A stretch of DNA of 64,000 nt from Eledone cirrhosa (lineage: Eukaryota), in assembly GCA_964016885.1 (NCBI GenBank), contig OZ024753.1, forward strand, positions 17,112,001 through 17,176,000, in the 5' to 3' direction. Position numbers and translations under genes: made by a program. This document shows positions 50,440 through 64,000 of this stretch, piece by piece. Numbering within the stretch: position 1 is the stretch's first letter; every line of letters begins with the position of its first letter. A model generated the notes under the pieces. That model was not told the origin of the DNA, did no database searches, and saw only the letters and a list, made by a program, of their open reading frames with translations.

Positions 50440-51396
50440 CAGGCGTTCTCAACCTGGTCCATGTGAACCACTAGTGGTCCACAGGAAAATTCAGGTGGTC
50501 CACAGAAAGAAAAATTTAAGTTCTTCCGTACACGCACGCGTCACACCAACGAAACATGCCTCATCACACCTCGCACCTGTGAGTGCACGTCTTTCCTATT
50601 GCACGATTAGCTATCCAATCATACACAGACGCGTACCAGACAAGTACAGACGCGTACAGGCGTTAACGCGCATAAAAACACACAACAAATCGCGTGTTCT
50701 CGACCGGTCGACACGATCGTGTTTTCTACCTGACTTTTGAATTGAGGATTACTAGCGAAACATCAGTTCTTACGGCTTACCCAACATAACCTATTATCTC
50801 TCCAGGTATGTACATTTTTACGCAAGTGTTAGTCTAATTGTAGTCTGTAGAAATTTTGTTGTCAGTGATATGGAAAAAACGTTCTCTAAATTCTTCGTTC
50901 ACCGAATCGGAAAGATTTTGTAGACGATATAACTCAGATTATATCAGATATGGTTTTTTATCCAGCGCAGAAGACCCTTCATTACCACAGTGTAAATGGT
51001 ATTGACCAATCAAATTGATCTTACTAATTAGAAGTAGAAACTTATTCTCAACATCAATGCTTCATATTTGTCGCTGAGATATGAAATCGAAAACATTCAA
51101 ATTAATAACGAATAAGTTATGCGTTGCTTGGTGCAATAACAAATTCTTTTTTGATCCATGCATTTGACTTAAAGCGCTGTTCTTATTCTTCGCATAAGTA
51201 CGACTTCAGCTGTTTATTTGCGTAAATTTTTAGGCACTGCGACATGATAATAGCATTTTCTAATTCATTGAAAAAAAAACATCTAGTGATGCTTATAAGT
51301 AGCAGTTCTATTACAAAAGATTTAAAAGTTTAGGTGGTCCACAGGAAAAATTACTTATTTTGGTGGTCCACAGCGAAAAAAAGGTTGAGAACCGTC
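50440..51396 (+). mobile_element. hAT (Charlie/Buster-type) internal-deletion element
   Basis: TIRs CAGGCGTTCTCAACCT / AGGTTGAGAACCGTC. 8-bp TSD ATTTAAAT (50432-39, 51397-404). Subterminal GTGGTCCACAG repeats. Remnant RRYNSDYIRYGF..PQC. Confidence 0.9.
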
Positions 51397-51488
51397 ATTT
51401 AAATTTTAAATGACGCAGTCAACAATAAGACTTTATCAACACACCTCAGCATATCTGGCGGTACCGAATGAGGAGTCAAGTTTGTTGA

Positions 51489-51608
51489 ACGTAAGACTAA
51501 TAAATAACTAATCAATACGTAAGACTAATCAATAATTAATCAATACGTAAGACTAATCAATAATTAATCAATACGTAAGACTAACCAATAACTAATCAAT
51601 AACTAACA
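51489..51608. repeat. 28-bp tandem repeat x4
   Basis: ACGTAAGACTAATCAATAATTAATCAAT at 51489, 51517, 51545 and 51573. Confidence 0.9.
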
Positions 51609-51839
51609 AACAATTGTGGTATTTGTATCAATTAGAACATTTTAAACTCGCTGAGATTTGAATTTAGAATGATGCGGCATGAAAGTCATGGAGTGCAATT
51701 CTGTCTCTTTAGCCAATTATCCGATAAGTTAGAGCGTAAGAGGGAATACCTTGCCGTAGTTGTCTCTATTTTCCTGTCATTATCGCACCAAGGTTATCTT
51801 TGTATGGTTTCGGAGGTCAATGATGTAACAGTCCTGGGC

Positions 51840-52112
51840 AGTCTAAAGTCTTTTTCGAGCCCCGAGGCTCACCAGGCCCGTGCTTATCCTGGTTTCCTGG
51901 GCGTGAAGCGACTGAAAATACAAGACTTCCCCCTGGACAGGACGCCAGTCTATCGCAGGGTTAAACCCTCAGCTATTACTCGTTCTCATTTTCAGCTGAG
52001 TATACTGGAGCAACGTGAAATGAAGAGTTTTGCTCAAGAACACATCACACAACCCAGTCCAGGAATCAAACCCACGACATTATGATCGTAAGTCCAACAC
52101 CCTTACCACTAG
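51840..52112 (-). mobile_element. second tRNA-derived SINE family with a Meta/V-like core
   Basis: Reverse complement has a tRNA head CTAGTGGTAAGG..GGGTTTGATTCC, then AACCCTGCGATAGACTGGCGTCCTGTCCAGGGGG..AGTCGCTTCACGC..GAAACCAGGATAAGC. The core assignment is from recollection of Meta/V-SINE cores. Confidence 0.75.
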
Positions 52113-52859
52113 AAAATAGGGCAGTGGATTGGCAGAATTGTTAGAGTGTCGCACACGATACCTTATATTTATTCCAGTCCTCTGCATTCTGAGTTCAAAT
52201 CGTGTCCTGGCCTAAAGATTGAGAGAAAAAAATTGAAAGTTTTCCTTCTAAAGTTATTGCTTACACTGCAAGAGTTAGCAAGTTGATCTTCTTTCTCAGC
52301 TTTTCCTATTAGAATTAATAGAGTTTAGATATTTTGTGGGAGATGCTAGTAATTTCTCGTTAAAAGTTAACAGTTATCTTGTGAGAAGACGGAAGAAATA
52401 AAACCGAGGAAACAAAGAAAAAAAGAAAGAGAAATAAGAAGGTAAAGGTTGTTTTCTTTGAACATCTGGTGTCGATAAAATTATTCTGACAGAGATGGTA
52501 ATGGGTCGCTTTACCAAGAAAATAGGAAGTGCAGAAAGTGTATATTCTGTAAAAGTCATCATATCCTTATTAAGTTATGTCTTCACTGTTATCCTACATA
52601 TGAACATATTGACATTTTCTCCACCAATGCACAACCTCTACATCATTTTAGACGTTAGGCTTATAATAAAGCTGATTTTAAAGTTTGCTTACCGTACCAC
52701 CAACGTTACGATCTTGTACAACCATTATATTGCTATTGTACAGATATCGCGTAAATTGAATGCATATTGTTGTCATTATACAGTGAGACATTTTAAAAGA
52801 CCTGTAGAATGTACAGAACTAGAGACGGGTTACAGAGACCTTGTTTCAAGACCATACAT

Positions 52860-53168
52860 AAGATTCTTTTGCCATGATCGCATTAGAAACGTTGAGGTTA
52901 TGGAATGGGCCCAGTTGAGTATTTGGCGGAATACTGTCACCGTACGACAGCGAAAAATGTTGGCCATTTGCTACGCATGTCCCACAGAGTCCAATAAGAG
53001 CCTCCCTCGAACAGAAGCCAGAATGAGGACATAAGGAAGCGAGGGAGATCTATTAAGAACAGGTTGAGATATGTGGAGGAAAGCCTGGTAAACATGAGAC
53101 TGGCCTGGAAGCAGGTCCGAGGGTTGTAAACGCTGGTCCCTGAGTGGCAAGGGAATCTGAAGAAGAAG
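52860..53168 (+). mobile_element. degenerate RTE LINE 3' remnant
   Basis: HDRIRNVEVM..RQRKMLA, ending in a (GAA)n tail. Confidence 0.55.
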
Positions 53169-53257
53169 ATTGTATAATATAGTCAATTCTTATCGGAAAC
53201 CCGTTAAGCAGTTGAATTACAGATGTTATGGAGCTCGTGTAAATTGGGACGAAAATG

Positions 53258-54340
<1,083 letters not shown>

Positions 54341-54341
54341 A

Positions 54342-54380
<39 letters not shown>

Positions 54381-54442
54381 TTTCTATATATATATCTATG
54401 TATATATATCTATATATCTATGTATATATATATATATCTATG

Positions 54443-54703
<261 letters not shown>

Positions 54704-54719
54704 ATATATATATATATAT

Positions 54720-54940
54720 GAGATGTCAACATGAATGGATCTGTTATTTTTATCTAAAGACATTTTTTCCAATTCCACCCCACTCGTCCCTTCAATCTAA
54801 CTAATTTCTCATTCTTTCTTCTGATGAAGGACTAGCGCCGGAAACGTTAAGACCCTCTTCCCACTATATCAAGCGTTAACCTAATATATTCCTTCCATAT
54901 ACTGTACCGATTGTGTTGTTATTTCTGTTTACCTTTTACA
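54720..54940 (+). mobile_element. Penelope-like (Neptune-type) pLTR fragment, family B, with hammerhead
   Basis: TCTT-CTGATGA(54821-27)-AGG-actagcg-CCG-GAAA-CG-TT-AAGA. The upstream frame [14 protein letters not shown] loosely resembles a PLE GIY-YIG C-terminus. Confidence 0.75.
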
Positions 54941-55243
54941 TACAGACACACACACACACACACATATATATGGCCTGTTGATAGATAAAAGGCTATGGGC
55001 ACGCTACGGATAGATGTATAGTTAAAAATACGTCGAAACATCTGTGACCCGTAGTTAACTACTGACAAAGAGAGATTGTCCACCTCTTGTTTGTGTCCCC
55101 TTACCTTCTAATACCCTTTATCAGTAACCACACAGCTCTATTCTCATTAATATGTATATATACACATATATATAAAATATTTATAGTCTGCTATATATTG
55201 AGTACCTTACTTACTGAGGTTACCCCCGATTGAATCCGGGATA

Positions 55244-55330
<87 letters not shown>

Positions 55331-55952
55331 CGCTATGTATGTGTGTGTGAGTGATTGTATCATTATTCTTTAAACGTCTGCTGTAAGTATTTTTCGCTGA
55401 CCTTCACTCAGTTCACAATTTCTTGAAACATTCTCTCATATTATAACTATTTATGTAATGTTTAGCCTAAAACGACGGAAGAAGTTTAAATTTAGAGTCC
55501 TTTCAGTCTAAAATCAAAATCCTGTTAGACAGACAGACATAAAGGCGGTTTGGTTTTGTATAAAGTAAATTAGGAATTCTCCCATCTTGGTTGAATGGCC
55601 CAAACCACCACCAGTTCATAAACAGGCGTTTATAGCTGTTCTATAGCGTTTTTATTTATTTTCATAGCAGGCTTTACAAGTATTGCTTATGTAGTATAAT
55701 GAGATTTGTGAGATTTTGTAGACAGGCATAAAAACCTCAGATGTGTAGGTGTGAGAGGTGTGAAGTGCTGTGATGTTCGTGATGTCATGTTATCTCATGA
55801 AAATGGATGTCACATAACGATGTAGTGAAAATGATTAACTTCTCAACATAGACAAAAATAAACAATAAAAAAACAAAAAAACAAACAAAAACAAAACAAA
55901 TAACAACAACAATAATAATAATAACGAAAAAATCATCAGCAGCAACATCACC

Positions 55953-56345
55953 CATCCTGATGATAATAATTGTTTCTACTTTTGGCACAAGGCCAATTAC
56001 ACAGCACATTACTGGTACTTTATTTTATCGACCCCGTAAGGATGAAAGGCAAAGTTAACCTCGGCGGGATTTGAACTCAGAATGGCAAGAGCCGTAACTC
56101 TGTGCTGCAAAGCATGGCGTCCGAACCTCCACCGATACTGCCAATCCACCGCCCTGATGATAATAATGGTTTCTTATATAGGCACAAGGCCAGCAATTTT
56201 GGGGGAGGGGTAAGTCGATTAAATCGACTCCAGTACATTACTGGTACTTTATTTTATCGACCCCGTAAGGATGAAAGGCAAAGTTAACCTCGGCGGGGTT
56301 AACATCCTGATGATAAAAATAATAATAATTGTTTCTACTTTTGAA
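55953..56345 (-). mobile_element. array of 2-3 SINE copies
   Basis: A full copy at 55963-56153, a long-subtype 3' part at 56160-56298 and a tail at 56303-56342. CCTGATGATAA recurs at the junctions. Confidence 0.88.
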
Positions 56346-56643
56346 TGATGATAAAAATAGAAGGGAAAATGAGGAAGAGGAGCAGAAGAAGAACAAATAG
56401 GAGGTGGAGGAGATGGAGAGGAGGGGGAGGAAGAAGAATATAGAGGAGGACGAGAAAAAGAAGAGGTTGTGGAGGAGGGGGAGAAGAAGAAGGAGGAGGA
56501 AGAGGAAGGAAAGGAGTAGAAATACATACAAACACGAAGAAAATGAACCAGAGATAGAGAAAAAAAATAATAGAGGGAGGCATGGAAAATATTGTATGGT
56601 GACCGGAACAGTACTAGAGCTGTAAGTACACTTGTGAATATGA

Positions 56644-57463
56644 CACACACGTGTAAATATAATACACACGTGTAAATATAATACACACGTGTAAATATAA
56701 TACACACGTGTAAATATGATACACACGTGTAAATATAATACACACGTGTAAATATGATACACACGTGTAAATATGATACACACGTGTAAATATAATACAC
56801 ACGTGTAAATATAATACACACGTGTAAATATGATACACACGTGTAAATATAATACACACGTGTAAATATGATACACGCGTGTAAATATAATACACACGTG
56901 TAAATATAATACACACGTGTAAATATGATACACACGTGTAAATATAATACACACGTGTAAATATGATACACACGTGTAAATATGATACACACGTGTAAAT
57001 ATAATACACACGTGTAAATATGATACACACGTGTAAATATGATACACACGTGTAAATATAATACACACGTGTAAATATGATACACACGTGTAAATATAAT
57101 ACACAAGTGTAAATATAATACACACGTGTAAATATGATACACACGTGTAAATATAATACACACGTGTAAATATGAAACACACGTGTAAATATGATACACA
57201 CGTGTAAATATGATACACACGTGTAAATATAATACACACGTGTAAATATGATACACACGTGTAAATATAATACACACGTGTAAATATGAAACACACGTGT
57301 AAATATGATACACACGTGTAAATATAATACACACGTGTAAATATGATACACACGTGTAAATATAATACACACGTGTAAATATGAAACACACGTGTAAATA
57401 TAATACACACGTGTAAATATGAAACACACGTGTAAATATAATACACACGTGTAAATATGATAC
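56644..57463. repeat. 19-bp minisatellite ACACACGTGTAAATAT(A/G)AT, ~43 copies
   Basis: Seen directly. Almost every unit contains the palindrome ACACGTGT. Confidence 0.95.
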
Positions 57464-57701
57464 ATAAATAGGACAAGGCAATATTTTTACTGGCTTTAGG
57501 GTACCCCATGACCCCTATTCCAAGAGTGTCCAGTGTAAGGAATTACTTAAAAGTCAAAATTTCTTTATTCAAGGGAGAATGATACAAACTTACATCAACT
57601 TATTTGATATTTCCATTTTTTTTAAATTTAATACTTAAGTACAATGCTTGCAATTATTGAAACCAGAAAGTTATGCGGACACTCGCACATAAATTAACAT
57701 T

Positions 57702-57739
<38 letters not shown>

Positions 57740-57744
57740 AGAAA

Positions 57745-57942
57745 GTGGGGTATTTTTTACAAAATGAAAAATAACCGAGGTGTCCTGCAAGAGTGAAAGT
57801 ATAAAGAAAAAAAGATGAAATCGAAAATGCAATTGGAGTCGTATTTAAAAAAATATATATATATTTGTTTGGTTCTTTACCGGTTTCGCAGTTCTTCTGC
57901 TTTTCAAAAGTAGAGTTGAGGTGGAGGGTCTGTGGTTTTTCT

Positions 57943-57945
<3 letters not shown>
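57745..57945 (-). mobile_element. family F element (hammerhead 3' half)
   Basis: Reverse complement contains ACTGC-GAAA-CCGG-TA-AAG. Homologous to 58520-58730, where the 3' part is inverted upstream. Confidence 0.55.
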
Positions 57946-57979
<34 letters not shown>

Positions 57980-58228
57980 CAAATGTAGAGTTAATAACTC
58001 ATACTGAAACCCTGTAATTAACATGCTGAAAGTATAAGTACTGAGCCTTATAACAATAATATATGTAGTAATAAACACAGTAAATCGTGTGTTTAATATT
58101 ACGAGGGTTGAAGAACCACATTTGTTTGAAATATTTAACCATGAAGCAGATAGAATGATAAAAATAAAATTATACAGACCGCCTCAATAAAAATGACATC
58201 TCACACGGTTTACTGTGTTTATTACTAC

Positions 58229-58279
<51 letters not shown>

Positions 58280-58280
58280 A

Positions 58281-58490
58281 GGGAGTGAAACGCGGAGTTA
58301 CTGTAGGTTCACCCGGGTGAGCACTCGATATTTTTAGGTTCACGTAGGACACAGAGGTCCGACGAGCCATTGATTACAGAGTCGGGCTAGATCGAAGAAG
58401 ATCGAACCTTGAGCTGGTCAATAGCGAAAAGCGCGTCAACAACCAATAAACGTAATGAAGGAGTTACTATTCGTCCTTGTTTTATTATAT
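58281..58490 (+). mobile_element. family D element: inverted 3' end plus extended-stem-II hammerhead
   Basis: 58281-58328 is the reverse complement of a sequence like 46683-46730. CCGACGA-GCCATTGATT..GGTCAATAGC-GAAA-AGCGCG-TC-AAC. Confidence 0.75.
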
Positions 58491-58519
58491 ATATATATAT
58501 ATATATATAAGAATATGAG

Positions 58520-58730
58520 GTCTTTTTTAAAACGAAAAGAAACGAGATGTCCTACACGAGTGAAAGTGTAAGGAAAAAAGATGCAATCGAAAATGCGCGA
58601 AAAACCACAAGCCCTCCATCTCAATTCTACTTTTGGAAACCATAAGAACTGTGAAACTGGAAAAAGGAAACAAATAACTATTCTGAAAAAGATGCCAGTT
58701 GCATTTTCGATTTCATCATTTTACCTTATA
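58520..58730. mobile_element. family F copy with fold-back
   Basis: GATGCAATCGAAAATGC (58580-96) pairs with GCATTTTCGATTTCATC (58701-17). Confidence 0.6.
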
Positions 58731-58732
58731 TA

Positions 58733-58778
<46 letters not shown>

Positions 58779-58789
58779 TATCCCTAGTT

Positions 58790-58970
58790 AATTTATTTGG
58801 CAATCAATGTTTATCTTTGATTGACCAACGGTTAAAAACATAGACTATATATATATATATATATGTTTATATCAAAGTTCTTTCGTTGCACATCTGCAAC
58901 ATGATCAGTGGTACTATTATTATGTTACTTCCTATTGTATTGTATTGTAATGTCTACGCCATTTTTGTTT
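58790..58970 (-). mobile_element. family C element, hammerhead core mutated
   Basis: Reverse complement: TACCA-CTGATCA-T-GTTGCA-gatg-TGCAAC-GAAA-GAAC-TT-TGATA. Confidence 0.7.
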
Positions 58971-58978
58971 TATTTATT

Positions 58979-59028
<50 letters not shown>

Positions 59029-59214
59029 CGAACGATAAGTTATTGTTTTTGAATATGTCATTATCTATAAAACAACTTTTGTATTTTATCTGATGAGAGC
59101 GTACCAAAATGTTGTGTATGTGTGTATACAGAGCAGTGAAGGGAAAAGTGGAGTGGAGTGAGCATATATAGTCAGCCTGTATTAGTTGTAAGAGAAGATG
59201 TTGATGATCAAGAG

Positions 59215-59581
<367 letters not shown>

Positions 59582-59583
59582 TC

Positions 59584-59677
<94 letters not shown>

Positions 59678-59700
59678 ATATTTATATTTATATATATATT

Positions 59701-59731
<31 letters not shown>

Positions 59732-59736
59732 ATATT

Positions 59737-59876
<140 letters not shown>

Positions 59877-60154
59877 ATAATAATAAAATTGAAGACTTTG
59901 CCAACGAACGTTTCCATGAACCAAAGTATCGTCTTCCTGTCTTCCTCCGGTTGCAACGTTTTAGAAATATCCAGTTCTGCGTTTACGGATTGACTTTGTT
60001 AGTTTCAGAAGATCCCGTTAATGGTGAAAGCAGCGATTCTTTGCTTAAACTTTAATCTGTTATTTTAATAAATATATATATTTATATATATATATATTTA
60101 TGTATGTATATATATATATATTTATGTATGTATATATATATATATATATGGATG

Positions 60155-60195
<41 letters not shown>

Positions 60196-60240
60196 GTATA
60201 TATATATATATTTATGTATGTATATATATATGTATGTATG

Positions 60241-61524
60241 CCTGACCGTAGTGCCCTGCCCAAGGGAAACCCTCACCAAGATGGAGCGCGCGCTCTTCCA
60301 ATTCCTTTGGATGAGGCGGGCTCCTATGGTGAGGAGATCCATCTGCTGTCAACACCCTTCGAAAGGAGGGCTGGGGATGCCGTGGCTAATGATGGGTAAA
60401 CACGCATTAAGGCTACGGCACCTCTACGTATTCCTCACCGGACAACCGCTGTGGGCCTCGTTTGTGAGACGAACCTTTCCCAGACTCGTCTCACTCACCG
60501 AGCTGCAATCCTGGGTCAAGCAAAGACCGAGAAAACTGGGCGCCTGGCACACTGAGTGTGCCCAGGCGCTCACCGCCCTCTGGCAGGCGGATCCGGTTAT
60601 CAGTGGAGACTCCACCGCTACATTCTATAGAGGGCTGGTACGCAGCAGGTGCGACGACGCCCTCGGAGAAGCCCTAGACATGGAGGAGGACGAACTGGCC
60701 AGCCTGTTCGGTAGGACATTCAGCCCGGGACCTATGGACAACTTCCAGAAGTCCCTGGCCTGGCAGTGCTACCGGGGGGCTTTACCCGTTCGAGAAAGGC
60801 TCTACAGACACGGGCGCCCGGGTAGGGACCCCGCCAAAAAGATCTGTCCCAGATGCGTGTGCGACGAGGAAACCGTTGCACACGCATTGGTACACTGCTC
60901 GGGCGTAGCCGATCTGTGGGGCTATGTCGAACAACTGCTGTCAAGGGTGGGACCGATCCGGTTGACCACCGAGTCTATTGTAATGATCAAGCCGCCTCCC
61001 CCCTTCAAAGATGAAGCAGAGGCGGTGTTTCTGTGCGTAATAGCCATGGCGAAAGAGGTTGTATGGTGGACGCGTCTGAAAGGACTGAGGTCAGGCACCT
61101 TTCTCTCTGGCCAACAACTGGTCCGTTTCTTCCGATATCATTTCGGAAGAAGGATCAGGATGGAGAGAGAGGTGTTGCACCCCAGCCGTTTCTATGAAAG
61201 ATGGGTGAAAGTGGCGAGAATGGCCCGTGTGAATGGGCCTTCACTCTACATCAGACTATAGGTGAGGAAGATGAAAGACCAAGGGAGCACCCATTCTCTG
61301 TGCTCCTGAGGAGAAGGGTTGCACACTTTTTTCGGGGGTGTGTGCGACCCCCCAAGGCGCCTCCTCCCTATTGAGGATTTTGTTAAAAATTTTATTTTTT
61401 GTTATATCTTATTCTATTTTTATATTTTGTTATTGCCTCCTCCTTTTTGAGGACGCCTTTTTGTGTAAACTCCCCCCTTTGTACTTGTCCCACTTTTGAT
61501 GCCCTAGTGGCAAATAAAAGAAAC
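60241..61524 (+). mobile_element. Tx1/L1-clade LINE, 5'-truncated, uninterrupted 340-codon ORF2 C-terminus
   Basis: [29 protein letters not shown], stop at 61261. The 3' UTR ends AATAAAAGAAA, and there is an apparent long TSD in the microsatellite. Confidence 0.93.

Positions 61525-64000
<2,476 letters not shown>

Noticed and set aside
51850-51880. Hammerhead-like CTGGTGAGCC..GGCTCGAAA at the 3' end of the Meta/V-type SINE
   Set aside because: The core is mismatched and GAGCC pairs with GGCTC, absorbing the core GA. It is better explained as a SINE tail hairpin.
56238-57509. 400-aa ORFs over the 19-bp repeat
   Set aside because: The same repeating peptide appears in all three minus frames, an artefact of a stop-free non-triplet unit.

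Overview
This is an extremely AT-rich, microsatellite-dominated eukaryotic window. It is most likely from an octopod cephalopod, inferred from my recollection of octopus OR/OK-type tRNA-derived SINEs. I can support no host gene, and almost all long ORFs in the track are (TA)n/(TG)n read-throughs. The non-microsatellite sequence is a mosaic of transposons. There are two CR1-clade LINEs in (TA)n, one with a near-intact EN+RT ORF2; four Tx1/L1-clade 3' ends, three sitting in (TATC)n; three stacked R4/Dong-type RLE LINE fragments linked to (TAA)n; and RTE fragments, one with a 5' inversion. The window also holds about 20 tRNA-derived SINE copies (partly in head-to-tail arrays), a Meta/V-type SINE, mariner, pogo and hAT non-autonomous elements, and 84-, 42-, 28-, 19- and 16-bp minisatellites. 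The least explained signal is a dense set of short non-coding elements from at least 5 families. They carry minimal type-I hammerhead ribozyme motifs (CTGAnGA/CCGAnGA - stem II - GAAA - palindromic stem III - TH). They insert in (TA)n and repeatedly form fold-back inverted repeats of their own 3' ends, consistent with Penelope-like-element pLTR or retrozyme-type elements. All coordinates were read by eye and may be off by a few bases.
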